A stretch of 34,084 nucleotides of DNA from a virus (Duplodnaviria; Caudoviricetes), in the IMG/VR virus record IMGVR_UViG_3300020202_000172, positions 1 to 34,084 of that record; one strand, given 5' to 3'. The notes below the pieces were generated by a model. It saw only the letters and a program-made list of their open reading frames with translations. It ran no database searches and was not told where the DNA came from. Both the position numbers and the translations under genes were made by a program. Each line of letters begins with the position of its first letter. Within the stretch, counting starts at the first letter, position 1. Positions 14,613 through 24,274 of this stretch are shown piece after piece.

Positions 14613-17600
14613 GCCGAGGTCCTCCGCCGCCCCGCCGGAGCCGCCATCACCGAGGCCGACTCCAGGGCGAAGCGCTCACCCGCGGTGCCGTTGAAGAGGC
14701 GCAGCCAGACGAACGAGCCCGCCTGCCGTTCGACCTGGAAGGCGTTGGGGCCAGCTGTCAGCGTGCCCGTCTGGTCCGCCCCCCCGGTCGCGTCGGCGTT
14801 GGCGCTCGCGTACCACTCGAACCCGCAGCCGTTCTGCGTGTTCGCGAGGTCGGCCTTGAGGTTGTAGAAGCGCCACCAGGAGGGCGACCCCTCCGGCGCG
14901 TTGGGGCCGAGCAGCACCGAGGCGTTCACCGCCTGCGTGGCGCCGCCGAAGAGCGTCCCGTCGTTCGCGCTCGACTCGTCCCACTTGAGGATCTGCCCGT
15001 CCTCCGTGCCGACGAGCAGGATGCGCGACCCGACCACGTCGCCGTCGATCACCGTGGCCGCCGTCGGCTGGATCCCGATCGCGAAGGTGTCCGGCCAGGG
15101 CGCCAAACGGTCCGTCAGCCGGTGCCAGAACCAGTGCTCGGTCGAGGAGCCACCGGCCCCGAAGGGCATCACGAAGACGTGCAAGCCCTCGTCGCGCGCG
15201 TTCCAGATCGCCTGGACGTAGAACGAGCCGTAGTCGATGTCGCGCAGGTAGCGCGGGAGCTGGTCCTCCGAGAGCGAGCGGGGCTTGCCGCCCGGCGCCA
15301 TCGCGTACAGGCCGCCCTTGGAGCCGACGAAGTAGAGGACCCCGTTCTCGTCCTTGTCCCACGAGGGGCCGAAGGCCATCCCGGTCGTGTCGGTGACGAG
15401 GCCGTACTGCGCGTTCTCCGCCGTCGGATCCCCGTAGAGCGCCTGGATCGTCGAGGCGCCTCCGAAGATCAGCACGTCGTCCGAGTAGGGGACGATCGCG
15501 TTGATGATGTCCGGGCAGGGACCGACGCGAGAGTCGTTGCCCTTGACCGCGATCCCGTCCTTGAAGACGGGCGGGAAGAGGTCCCAATCCGTCGCGTTCC
15601 CGCGCGCCGACATCGTCCAGTTGTGCGGATCGTCGGGATCCCGGGCGAGCACGAGACGCCCGCCCCACGCCGCCACGAGCTGGCAGCGGTAGGGCACCTT
15701 GCCCGACGTCGCGCTCTTGAGCTCGGCGAGCGTCGAGGTCTTCGGGTCGTAGGACCAGACCTTCTTCCCGTCCACGAAGTACGCCTTCTGGAACAGGACG
15801 CACGAGTCGATGTACTTGGCGCCGCTCTCGAAGGGCGTCCCGATCGCCGTGAAGCTCGCCGTCGTGAAGCTCTTGAGCGCGGTCCCGGAGGCCACGAGGT
15901 AGAGCGCTTGCTTGGGGCTCTGCACGCTCGGCGTCGCGGAGACGAGGCGGATCCGGTAGAGCGTCGTCTTGTTCGAGGCGGTCTCGTTGCGCGTCCCGAC
16001 GTAGACGTACTCCGCCCGCGCCTGGATCGGGTTCGCCGTGGACGAGAGATCGGTCTGGTAGTCGGGGATCGCCGGATCGACCGCGACCGCGTGCGCCTGC
16101 GGGTCGTCCGTGAGGTTGTCGAGCGTGACGAGCAGTTGCGCGTTGGGGGAGACGGCGCTCGCAGGCTGGCGCCCGTAGACCCGCATCGTCGTCGTCTCGG
16201 CCACGTCGAAGACCGGGACGTAGACGCTGTCGAACTTGTCGACGGCCATCCGCGGGTAGTGGTAGGAGGGCTCGCCGGGCGCCGTCTGCCAGGCGTTCGC
16301 GAGCCCCGTCCCCAAGGTCACGGAGAAGGTCGTCCCGCTGTCGATCACCTTGCGGATGTCGATCGCGTCCGCCGTGATCGAGGGCGTCGAGACGAGCGCC
16401 TGACGCGGCCCGATCGAGTACAGCTCGCCCGCGGAGTTCACCCGGACGCCATAGCCGACACCTCCTCGTCCGAGCCCGTTGTTGGACTCGTTCGAGGTCA
16501 TCACCCACTTCACGTCCCCGTTCGCGGGGTCGAACTTGGCGAGGATGCCGTAGACCGACTTCAGGTTGCGAGCGCCCGAGGCGGTCCCGAGGGTCGACTT
16601 CGAGGGCGGGCCGCCCAGCGTGAAGTTCGAGACCTCGTTCAGGTGGAAGGGGTGGGGGTAGTGCCCGCGGTTGCCGCCCGAGCCGTTGATCGAGGTCGAG
16701 CTGGTCGTCGCGTTCCAAGAGAGGCGCGCCCCGCCCGTGCTCTCGGTCGTCGCCGCCGCCGCGGCGTAGGACGAGCGCGAGTAGACGAACATCGCGTAGT
16801 TGACCGCGTTGTTGTAGGCGATCGGCGCGGTGGCGAAGAAGGCCGTATTCGCGACCGTGGCGGAGCTGTAGTCGGTCCCGGGGACCCCCGTGCGGTTGAC
16901 CGCGTGGTGCAGGTTCAGGAGCGAGATCCGAGGCGCCGCCCCGATCAAGACCTCGTTCGCGGTCGTCGTCAGGACCGTGCGGAAGGTGTAGGTCTGCGAG
17001 CCGATCGTCGCGGTGTCGCCGTCGTTGATGACGCCGACGCCGGAGAGCACGCTCGCCCGGCCGCCGGGAAGGAGGTGCGCGAGGCCCCACTTGTGGGCGA
17101 GATAGCCTTCCAGCTGGTAGAGCTCGTGCGCCGTCGCGCCGAACGAAAACGCTTGGTCCGGGTAGGCGATCGTCGAGTTCGGGGCCGCGAGCAGGGACTG
17201 CCGCACGCCGTCCGCGTTGTCGTAGTCGGAGAGGACGACGATCTCGCAGATGTCGCCCTTGAGCTTGGAGATCGACCCGTAGGGGGCCGCGGGGCCGCTC
17301 CCGAGCAGCGTGGCCTCCGTCGAGGTGAACGCGGCCGAGCTCCAGCGGTCGCAGGGCTGGCCGTTCACCCGCAAGAGCGAGCGCGTCGAGGCCCCGGCGA
17401 GATCGTTCACGCCGCCGTCGCAGACCCAGGTAATGAGCGCGTGTCCGTAGGGGCCGCGGGCGTTGCCGAGCGGGTGCCCGTTCGCGCCGGTGGGAGCCGA
17501 AGTGACGGCGACGGTGACTTGCGCGTTGTCGCCCTGGACGCCGTCGGTCTCGAAGATCGAGACGGCCCCGGGAACCGTGTTCGTCCCGGCGTCCGAGTTG

Positions 17601-18892
17601 TCCCGATTCGCGATCAGGGCCCGCGTCCCCGTCGAGTGCGGGGTCATGATCCAGCGCGGAGCGTCCGCGGTGGTGTCGAGCGGGACCCGGACCACCATGC
17701 AGATGCAGTAGGCGGCCTCGCGATAGGTGGGGATCAGCGTCTTCTGCTGGTCCCGCAGCGCCCGGTCGATCGAGCTCGGCGTGGCCGAGGTGAGCCACTG
17801 GTCCGTCCCGTTGAAGCGCAGGGACGGCATCGCGCCGAAGCCGGTCGAGCGGTAGCTCGGGCCCGTACCGCTCGCCGTAGGGGCGGTGAGGTTGCGGCTG
17901 TTCCCCGACTTGTCGAACCAGATTTTGACCTCGCCGCCCTCGATCTCCTCCGTGTTCGTCGGGGGAACGACCGCGAGCGTGTCGAGGTCCGAGGCGTCGA
18001 GCCAGCACCAGATCCGCTTCTGCCAATCGGTGAGGTTGAGCGGCGTCCACTCGACCCAGCGCGCCGTGGTGAAGGGAGAGGCGGGGTCCAGGCCCCGACG
18101 CGAGTTCGGCTCCGAGGCGACGAAGACCGAGCCGTCCTTGGGCCCGAGATCCATGTCGTTCGCCGGGTAGGGCACCTCCCAGCGCATGACCTCGGAAGGC
18201 GAGTCCGAGTCGATCCCCTCGTAGACGACGACGTACGCTTTCGCCTTGTCGGCGTAGTTGAGCAGCGCGTAGAGCAGCGAGTCCTTGCGCTTGACCGCCT
18301 CGACGTAGGCGCCGGGCGAGAGCGTCCAGACGACCTCGGCCTTGTTGTCCTGCGTCTGACGGTACTTCCAGAGCTTGGCCGTCTTCTGGTCCCCGCCGCT
18401 GGAGACGCCGGCGTAGATGCCGGTGAAGTCGTCCACGTAGAACGCCCGGATCGTGTGTTTGAGGTCCGCGACCGGGAAGCTGATCTTGAAGATCAGCGCG
18501 TTCTCGCTGTTGTACTTCGCGGCCCCGGACGGCCCGTCCAGGACGTAGACGTTCGACTGGCTGTCTGCCTGAACGCCGAGGCAGTCGGTCGTCGTTGGGT
18601 TCGAGGAGGTCCAGGCTTGCTCCTCCGAGCCCGCCGCGATCAGGGCGTAGGTGACGCCCTTCTTGTCGTAGACGAGCGGCTGGAGGCGCTTGATCTTGGT
18701 GGCGCCGTTCGCCTGTCCTGCGACGTAGTTCGTGCGGCCCGAGCGCTTGGAGCCGCGGCGTCGGCCGGTGACGGGGTCGATCGAGCGGACGTTGCGGGCT
18801 TGGCGCGTGGTCAGCGCGGGCTGCTTGCCGAAGGCGGCGCCCTCGGACTGGCCCCGGATCGGCCAGGGAAGCTCCAGGAACTCGGCCGGCAT
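14609..18892 (-). CDS. Tail nozzle/stabilisation-like protein with large LamG-like insertion
   Basis: 1427 aa after the adaptor gene. N-terminus and C-terminal beta-propeller-like part resemble podoviral nozzle proteins. Internal WLDASD..WFDKSGN..LRFNG..KGDICEIVV..EGYLAHKWGL domain. Confidence 0.7.
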   Translation of the reverse strand: MPAEFLELPWPIRGQSEGAAFGKQPALTTRQARNVRSIDPVTGRRRGSKRSGRTNYVAGQANGATKIKRLQPLVYDKKGVTYALIAAGSEEQAWTSSNPTTTDCLGVQADSQSNVYVLDGPSGAAKYNSENALIFKISFPVADLKHTIRAFYVDDFTGIYAGVSSGGDQKTAKLWKYRQTQDNKAEVVWTLSPGAYVEAVKRKDSLLYALLNYADKAKAYVVVYEGIDSDSPSEVMRWEVPYPANDMDLGPKDGSVFVASEPNSRRGLDPASPFTTARWVEWTPLNLTDWQKRIWCWLDASDLDTLAVVPPTNTEEIEGGEVKIWFDKSGNSRNLTAPTASGTGPSYRSTGFGAMPSLRFNGTDQWLTSATPSSIDRALRDQQKTLIPTYREAAYCICMVVRVPLDTTADAPRWIMTPHSTGTRALIANRDNSDAGTNTVPGAVSIFETDGVQGDNAQVTVAVTSAPTGANGHPLGNARGPYGHALITWVCDGGVNDLAGASTRSLLRVNGQPCDRWSSAAFTSTEATLLGSGPAAPYGSISKLKGDICEIVVLSDYDNADGVRQSLLAAPNSTIAYPDQAFSFGATAHELYQLEGYLAHKWGLAHLLPGGRASVLSGVGVINDGDTATIGSQTYTFRTVLTTTANEVLIGAAPRISLLNLHHAVNRTGVPGTDYSSATVANTAFFATAPIAYNNAVNYAMFVYSRSSYAAAAATTESTGGARLSWNATTSSTSINGSGGNRGHYPHPFHLNEVSNFTLGGPPSKSTLGTASGARNLKSVYGILAKFDPANGDVKWVMTSNESNNGLGRGGVGYGVRVNSAGELYSIGPRQALVSTPSITADAIDIRKVIDSGTTFSVTLGTGLANAWQTAPGEPSYHYPRMAVDKFDSVYVPVFDVAETTTMRVYGRQPASAVSPNAQLLVTLDNLTDDPQAHAVAVDPAIPDYQTDLSSTANPIQARAEYVYVGTRNETASNKTTLYRIRLVSATPSVQSPKQALYLVASGTALKSFTTASFTAIGTPFESGAKYIDSCVLFQKAYFVDGKKVWSYDPKTSTLAELKSATSGKVPYRCQLVAAWGGRLVLARDPDDPHNWTMSARGNATDWDLFPPVFKDGIAVKGNDSRVGPCPDIINAIVPYSDDVLIFGGASTIQALYGDPTAENAQYGLVTDTTGMAFGPSWDKDENGVLYFVGSKGGLYAMAPGGKPRSLSEDQLPRYLRDIDYGSFYVQAIWNARDEGLHVFVMPFGAGGSSTEHWFWHRLTDRLAPWPDTFAIGIQPTAATVIDGDVVGSRILLVGTEDGQILKWDESSANDGTLFGGATQAVNASVLLGPNAPEGSPSWWRFYNLKADLANTQNGCGFEWYASANADATGGADQTGTLTAGPNAFQVERQAGSFVWLRLFNGTAGERFALESASVMAAPAGRRRTSA

Positions 18893-19620
18893 CAGACGAT
18901 CGAGATGGGCCCGTGCGGGTTGACGAACCGGACGGCGCTCGGGTTGAGATGCTTCTGCGCGGCACCTCCGCGCATGATCCCGAGCGTCGCCTGCTTCTGG
19001 CCGTCCGTGCGCACAGCGGCTTCCCAGGTGGGACCGGCCTTGAGGGCGGCGATGCGGTCGGCCTGGGCCTCGACGTCACGCTCCTGGTGAGAAAGAGCCC
19101 AGAGCGCGCAGGTCTCCTTGAACAGGGGGACCATGAACTCGGGGATGTTCGCGATGTGCGCGTCGTCGGTCAGCGGCGTCCAGCCGGCGCGGTATTGGAT
19201 GCGGATGCCGTTCGTGACGTTCGTAGACGGCGCCGGATGCAGTTCGAGGCGCGCGAGGGACGCCGCCACGAGGGCGCCCGTGGTCCACACCGGCGCGCAC
19301 CAGCCCGGGGTCGCGAAGGGCTTGATGTTCGAGTTCCGCAGGAAGACGATGTACTCGAATGGAACCTGCTCGACCTCCGCGAGGTATCCCGACGTCATGT
19401 GAGCGGCGATGAGCTCCAGGAAGTCCGCCGGCAGAGCGACGTACTCCTGATTCTGGACGAGGTTCGCGAGGGTCGTCTGCCGCGCGAGATAGCCCCAGCC
19501 GTTGGCGGAGGAGAGCCAGGTCCCCGCGTCGTTGACGAGATCGTTGGCCGTCGCACCCGCGAGCGTGGAGCCCGTGGCGTACTGCATGTGCGTGACGGCT
19601 TGGGCGCGGGTGATCGTCAT
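18892..19620 (-). CDS. Putative head-tail adaptor (tail tubular protein A-like)
   Basis: 242 aa. LVNDAG..W.YL...EYVALPADFLE...LELHPAPS...IQY...IPEFM..LF pattern. Located after capsid genes. Confidence 0.7.
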   Translation of the reverse strand: MTITRAQAVTHMQYATGSTLAGATANDLVNDAGTWLSSANGWGYLARQTTLANLVQNQEYVALPADFLELIAAHMTSGYLAEVEQVPFEYIVFLRNSNIKPFATPGWCAPVWTTGALVAASLARLELHPAPSTNVTNGIRIQYRAGWTPLTDDAHIANIPEFMVPLFKETCALWALSHQERDVEAQADRIAALKAGPTWEAAVRTDGQKQATLGIMRGGAAQKHLNPSAVRFVNPHGPISIV

Positions 19621-19632
19621 CGGTAGGGGAGG

Positions 19633-19674
19633 GCCCGCCCCCGGCGCTCAGGAGGAATCACGCCGAGGGCGGGC
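19633..19674 (-). terminator. GC-rich hairpin after capsid/decoration genes (terminator or mRNA stabiliser)
   Basis: GCCCGCCC..CGGCG / CGCCG..GGGCGGGC inverted repeat in the only intergenic gap. No U-tract. Confidence 0.45.
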
Positions 19675-19689
19675 GAAGGAATCAGGGGA

Positions 19690-20268
19690 TCAGGCCATGC
19701 CTTCGATGCCGTTGAAGAGCACCGGCCAGGAGACGAGAACGCCCGCCGTGTAGCTGCCTTCCGCGGTGTCGGCCGCATCCGAGACGCCGCCCAACGTGTA
19801 GTTGCCCTCGACCCAGCCGAGGCACTTCAAGTTGTTGGTGTTCGGGTTGGTGCCGAGGTAGCGGTTGACGTTGGTGGCGTTGTTGGTCGCGTAGACGCAG
19901 GCCCCGTAGCCCGTCTTGCCGCTGGTCACGGCGCGGACGATGGCGTTGACGTGGCCTCGGATGCAGACCCGCAGCGTCTTGCCGTCGTTGACCGCTTCCA
20001 TCGCGATCCCGAACAGACCGAACGTGCAGGCCGCGCCGTTCGCCGCGCCGGAGAGCCCGGGGTTGACGACGACGTTGTAGGCCGAGTTCGGCGTGCCGGA
20101 CGAGGACGAGCCCTCCGTGAAGGTGGTCGCCTGCGTCAGGAACGTGTCGAACTGGACGAGTTGCCCGACCACGGTCGCAGCACCCGTCTTGTTGAGGCAG
20201 ATCCGCTCCTCGTACTTGAGGAGTTCGACGCCCCGGCCCGGATTGGCGATGAGGTTCGTGAAGCTCAT
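19690..20268 (-). CDS. Putative capsid decoration/cement protein
   Basis: ATG at 20268, 2 nt after the capsid stop. 192 aa with NKTGAATVVGQLVQFD...GIAMEAVNDGKTLRVCIRG pattern. Confidence 0.7.
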   Translation of the reverse strand: MSFTNLIANPGRGVELLKYEERICLNKTGAATVVGQLVQFDTFLTQATTFTEGSSSSGTPNSAYNVVVNPGLSGAANGAACTFGLFGIAMEAVNDGKTLRVCIRGHVNAIVRAVTSGKTGYGACVYATNNATNVNRYLGTNPNTNNLKCLGWVEGNYTLGGVSDAADTAEGSYTAGVLVSWPVLFNGIEGMA

Positions 20269-20270
20269 GG

Positions 20271-21455
20271 CTACAGCACCCCCGCCGTTCCGATGTCCGC
20301 CGTCGGGTAGATGATCCCGTGACGGATGCGCGAGCGACACACGAGGTTGCCCCAGGTGTCGACCGGCATGAAGTGCGACGTCGGCGTCTCCGGGGGAGTG
20401 AACTCGCCGAGGTTCTTCATGAACCTGCCGGACTTGTAGACCATCCGCAGGTACTTGGGCTGGAGGAGGAAGTAGCGCGGGCCCGCGTTCGTGGTGCCCG
20501 CGGTGTCGAGCTCCGTCGAGAGCGCGGCAGCCGCGCCCGTCGGGAAGATCGCCGCCGAGTCCAGTTGCGCGACGTAGACGCAGGGAGCCCCCGCGTACAT
20601 CGGCTGGAACCACGGGTCCTTCATGTCTTCCCACCGGTCGTTGTTCGCCCGGTAGACCTTCATGAGGTTGATCCGACCTTGCATCGACGTGGCGACGATG
20701 TTGATCGGCTCGGCCGTGTCGGACTCGAAGTACTGCTTGTCGTAGGGCGGCGACTGGAATTCGAGGCTCAGCCACGCCTTGTCGAAGGCGTCGGTCAGGG
20801 CCTGCGTGGTCGTGGTCGACGCCGTGTAGCCGAACCGCTGCGGGACCCAGTTCGTCTGCCCGACGGTCGTCGGGTTGATCTGCTGGACCGTAGTCCACAC
20901 ACCACCGGGGTGCGCGGCCGAGGGCAAGCCGTTGTCGAACTCGTTGACGAAGCAGGGGATCGAGTAGGGCTCTTGGCCCGTCGCCGATTCCATCTTCGTG
21001 GTGTCGGGAACCGCCCAGAGGAGTTCCTCTTGGAAGTTCGCCTGGTCGGTCGCGAGCTCTTGCTGCTTCGCGTGCCAGATGCGCTTGTACTGCTGCGCGA
21101 GCTGCGCGGCGCTGGCCCCGTCGTTGAGCTCGATCTCCTGGTCCGTGTAGGCGATGTGGTTTTCCCAGAATCGCCAGGGCACGGTCCACGCGGTACCGGT
21201 CTGCTTGTTGGTCCGCGAGATCGGAGCGTTCGGGAGGTAGGTCGTCCCGGTGCGGGTGGCGGACAGGTAGATGATGTCCTTGATCTGCTGCCCGCCTTGC
21301 AGCATCTCCGACATCTTTTGACCTCGGCTGAGGTAGCCGAGCGTGCGGTAGTTCCGCTTCTGAGCGTCGTTGACCCGTTCCTCCTGCGAAGTGAGGAACG
21401 TGGGTCCCGTCTCATTGACGAACTCCGCGAACAAGCTGAGAGCTTGTCCGGCCAT
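20271..21455 (-). CDS. Major capsid protein
   Basis: 394 aa directly after the scaffold gene. GGQQIKDIIY...ELND..., YFLLQPKYL, WGNLVC.SR..HG resemble podoviral HK97-fold capsids. Confidence 0.8.
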   Translation of the reverse strand: MAGQALSLFAEFVNETGPTFLTSQEERVNDAQKRNYRTLGYLSRGQKMSEMLQGGQQIKDIIYLSATRTGTTYLPNAPISRTNKQTGTAWTVPWRFWENHIAYTDQEIELNDGASAAQLAQQYKRIWHAKQQELATDQANFQEELLWAVPDTTKMESATGQEPYSIPCFVNEFDNGLPSAAHPGGVWTTVQQINPTTVGQTNWVPQRFGYTASTTTTQALTDAFDKAWLSLEFQSPPYDKQYFESDTAEPINIVATSMQGRINLMKVYRANNDRWEDMKDPWFQPMYAGAPCVYVAQLDSAAIFPTGAAAALSTELDTAGTTNAGPRYFLLQPKYLRMVYKSGRFMKNLGEFTPPETPTSHFMPVDTWGNLVCRSRIRHGIIYPTADIGTAGVL

Positions 21456-21479
21456 GAGAGAGGGTCTTTCGGGTGGTCG

Positions 21480-22484
21480 TTACCCGAGACCAGCGATGCG
21501 GCGAGCTTCGTCCGGAGAGCGCTGCGCCAACCGAGCCGCGAGGAACGCGACGACTTTGTCGTCCTTGTTCACGGGCACGGGCGGCGAGGAGCGCGACGCG
21601 AGCGAGGGCTGGCCGTTGGTCCGGGTACGGGGATTCGAGTCGGACTTCGCAGGACCCGCTTTGCCCAGCACGATCGCCGCCGCGTCGGAATACGCCTCGT
21701 CGAGGGACTCGTAGGTCCCGCTCGAAAAGAGCTTGTCCGCCTTGGCCTTGACCTTGCCGAATTCAGCCTGGTCCTCGACCTGCGGGAACCGTCCCGCAAG
21801 CCGCGTCCGGGCACGCTCCTCCTGCACGCTGAAGTACCCACCGGCGAGGGTCTGGATGGCGCTCGTGAGCTCCGCCAGTTGCTCGTCGTAGTGGCCTTTC
21901 AGGGCCGAAAGAACGGTTCCGAACTTCGAGGCCGCTTCGTCTCCGAACTCTTCACCCAACGGCTGGACCAGCTTGCCCACGTCGAACGCTGGACCTTTCG
22001 GCTGCGTCTCCGGGGCGCTGGCTGCTTCACGCTGCTTGATGACTTCGTTGGCGCGCGCAACCTTGGCGTCGTTTTCTGCCTGGCGCTTCTTCTCGTGCGC
22101 GGCGATCTCGAGGACCTCCTCGCGCGAGAACTTCTCCAGGTGCTTCGACTTGAGACCCGTCAGGCGAAGGGCCTGGAACGCGGATTCGAGATCCGCGTCT
22201 GTTTCCTTCGCTTTCGGGGGTTCAGCCGACGCCGATTCCTCAGCGTCGGTGTTCTTGATCTTCTCCTTCGCCTCCAAGGAGAGGCCGGGATGTCCCGGCG
22301 TAGCGAGATCCGCCTCGCCCAAGCGCTTCTTCAGGAGCGCTTCGCCGCGCGCGAGACCCTCGGCGACGAATCGCCCCTTGTCGTCGCGCGCGCGCTCAGG
22401 GGGAGGCAGCGAGGCTTCTGCGGTCGGAGCCGTCTCCACGGCGGGGGCTTCGACGACCGGGGCCTCGACGACGGCTTCGCTCAT
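21480..22484 (-). CDS. Putative capsid scaffolding protein
   Basis: 334 aa, acidic and disordered N-terminus with RARDDKGRFV, helical core, directly upstream of the capsid gene. Confidence 0.75.
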   Translation of the reverse strand: MSEAVVEAPVVEAPAVETAPTAEASLPPPERARDDKGRFVAEGLARGEALLKKRLGEADLATPGHPGLSLEAKEKIKNTDAEESASAEPPKAKETDADLESAFQALRLTGLKSKHLEKFSREEVLEIAAHEKKRQAENDAKVARANEVIKQREAASAPETQPKGPAFDVGKLVQPLGEEFGDEAASKFGTVLSALKGHYDEQLAELTSAIQTLAGGYFSVQEERARTRLAGRFPQVEDQAEFGKVKAKADKLFSSGTYESLDEAYSDAAAIVLGKAGPAKSDSNPRTRTNGQPSLASRSSPPVPVNKDDKVVAFLAARLAQRSPDEARRIAGLG

Positions 22485-22801
22485 GAGGGGTCGAAGGCGA
22501 GCTGGCGCTTGCCTTGCGTGCGGGCCTCGTCCTTGGCCCGGAAGTTCTCGATCTCCCGCTTGGTGCAGAAGACGGGCTTGCCTTCGGCCGTGTGCCTCGG
22601 CGCGTCGGGGTGCCAGCGGTGGAGGGAGTGCGCGACGTGGAAGAAGTCCTTGGGCTTCTTCACCTCGGGCAGGGACGCGATCCGCGTCAGGGTCCGGCCG
22701 TCAACCACGAGGGGGTCCCCAATGCGGGGGGCCTCGCTGGGCTCCAGGACCAGCTCGACCACCTTGCCGCGGGCGTCCGCGAACTCGTAGGTGCCGGGCA
22801 C
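22481..22801 (-). CDS. Small head-module protein (FmdB-like N-terminus lacking Cys)
   Basis: MPGTYEF..GKVVE...LTRIAS pattern, often seen between portal and scaffold. GTG start, ATGA overlap with the scaffold gene. Confidence 0.6.
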   Translation of the reverse strand: MPGTYEFADARGKVVELVLEPSEAPRIGDPLVVDGRTLTRIASLPEVKKPKDFFHVAHSLHRWHPDAPRHTAEGKPVFCTKREIENFRAKDEARTQGKRQLAFDPS

Positions 22802-22807
22802 GGGGAG

Positions 22808-22836
22808 ATGCTAGGAAGATAGGTCCCCGTTGTCAA
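22808..22836 (-). promoter_or_regulatory. Sigma70-like promoter for scaffold/capsid/tail genes
   Basis: TTGACA-N17-TAGCAT, 6 nt before the GTG at 22801. Confidence 0.75.
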
Positions 22837-22872
22837 CCCGGAGACCACAAGATGTGGTATGGTTGCCGGCCG

Positions 22873-23091
22873 ATGACCCCTACCCCTAGTGCCTACGTCT
22901 CCCTGTTCCCGCCCCGCGAGTACCAGCCCGGAGAGCGGCCCTGCCCGGCCTGCGAGGCCCACGGCTACATGCGCTACGGCCGCGCCCTAGGGGCCGGGCG
23001 GGACATCCAGATCGCCTACGACTGCCTCGTCTGCGGGGGCTCCCGGCTGGCCGTGGGGCCGCGCGAGGCGATGGTCGTGGCCGCCATTTAG
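22873..23091 (+). CDS. Small Zn-finger protein (CPAC...CLVCGG)
   Basis: ATG at 22873 downstream of TGTGGTATGGT. 72 aa with DnaJ-like CxxCxG(x)G pairs. Confidence 0.55.
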   Translation: MTPTPSAYVSLFPPREYQPGERPCPACEAHGYMRYGRALGAGRDIQIAYDCLVCGGSRLAVGPREAMVVAAI

Positions 23092-23112
23092 CGGTAAGAT
23101 GGCGCCCGAACT

Positions 23113-23181
23113 GTGGGCGTAGCTCAACGGTAGAGCGTCGGAATGTGGCTCCGTAGGTCGGGTTCGAATCCCGCGCCCACC
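23113..23181 (+). tRNA. tRNA-His(GTG), atypical or degenerate
   Basis: Acceptor GTGGGCG/CGCCCAC, D-stem GCTC/GAGC, anticodon loop ATGTGGC, TTCGAAT T-loop, discriminator C. T-stem only 4 bp and no encoded CCA. Confidence 0.8.
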
Positions 23182-23182
23182 C

Positions 23183-24265
23183 CTAGAACCCCGCCGGCGC
23201 CAGCCCGACCCGGTAGGCGTCCGCCTGCTCGACCAGACCCTTCAGCCAGGCGTAGGTCTCCCCGATCGTCTGCCCCAAGTCCGTGACCCCGTTCGTGGCC
23301 ACGATCCGGCCTTGGTGGTTGACCCCGGCCTCCGCGCACGCCGCCGCCAGCACGGGGAACTGCTTGGGGTCGTGGCCGGAGTTGTTGTTGTCCTCGCTCT
23401 GGGCGTAGAAGCTCAGGATCGAGAGCCCGACGTTCTCCTTGCGCTTGAGGCCCAAGAGGTACATCGGGCTCGACCGCTTCTGGATCGAGAGCGGCACGAT
23501 GTTGTGCTCCGACCAGTCCGATTGCGAGGCCGGGATGTCCCCGAAGAGACCCGCGTTCGTGCCCGCCGGGTTCGCGTAGACCCCCGACGTGTAGTTGTAC
23601 TCCTCGCCCACGCAGGTGATCTCGCCGTACCAGTTCAGGTGCCCGGCCACGCGCGAGCTGGAGTAGCGATCCCAGCGCGACCCCGCGCGGTAGTTCGGCA
23701 GGAACGGCAGCGACGGCGAAAGCAGATTGACCATGCCGTTGCACGAGCCGGCCGACTGCCCCCAGGTGAAGATCAGGTCCTTGTTGATCCCCCAGCGCCA
23801 GCCGTTGTCCTTGAAGTACTGGACCGCGCGCCCGATCGCCGCCTGATCGCCCCAGTAGCCGTAGTCGGGGTAGGTCGGCTTCCCCGCCAGCGACGCCGCC
23901 TGCGGATACTCGCAGGAGACGAGCGTGAAGGCCGGCTTGGTCTTGTCGATCGTCGTCGAGCTGTAGCCGTACTTCGGATCGAGCAGCGAGGCCGCGACGA
24001 CGTGGTGCCCGCGGTTGGGCGTGAACGGGCTGTTGAAGTTGAAGAGGTCCTGGTCCCAGCCGACCGAGACCCACGAGCCCGCGTGGAAGACGAGGAGGCA
24101 CGGGTTCCCGCCCACCGCGTCCCAGTTCGTCGGGTGCCGGTAGACCGTGCAGACCGTCGATGGGTGCTTGGCGTAGCGGATGTACTTGTGCGTCAGGTTC
24201 GACGGGTGCTGGTAGGCGTCGGTGAAGGCGTTGGGCATGGCGGGTGCGAGGGGCGGCGCCGACAC
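23183..24265 (-). CDS. Alpha/beta-hydrolase (carboxylesterase/HSL-like)
   Basis: PCLLVFHAGSW (oxyanion motif), AVQYFKDNGWRWGINKDLIFTWGQSAG (nucleophile elbow), candidate catalytic His in GHDP. Confidence 0.8.
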   Translation of the reverse strand: MSAPPLAPAMPNAFTDAYQHPSNLTHKYIRYAKHPSTVCTVYRHPTNWDAVGGNPCLLVFHAGSWVSVGWDQDLFNFNSPFTPNRGHHVVAASLLDPKYGYSSTTIDKTKPAFTLVSCEYPQAASLAGKPTYPDYGYWGDQAAIGRAVQYFKDNGWRWGINKDLIFTWGQSAGSCNGMVNLLSPSLPFLPNYRAGSRWDRYSSSRVAGHLNWYGEITCVGEEYNYTSGVYANPAGTNAGLFGDIPASQSDWSEHNIVPLSIQKRSSPMYLLGLKRKENVGLSILSFYAQSEDNNNSGHDPKQFPVLAAACAEAGVNHQGRIVATNGVTDLGQTIGETYAWLKGLVEQADAYRVGLAPAGF

Positions 24266-24274
24266 GGGCGCGGA

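Noticed and set aside
14676-19090. Very long alternative-frame ORFs (1467 aa minus, 1322 aa plus) over the tail gene, and similar ones elsewhere (7646..10486, 23124..26513, 20319..22790)
   Set aside because: Arg/Pro/Gly-rich shadow frames expected from high GC3 codon bias, with no protein-like motifs.
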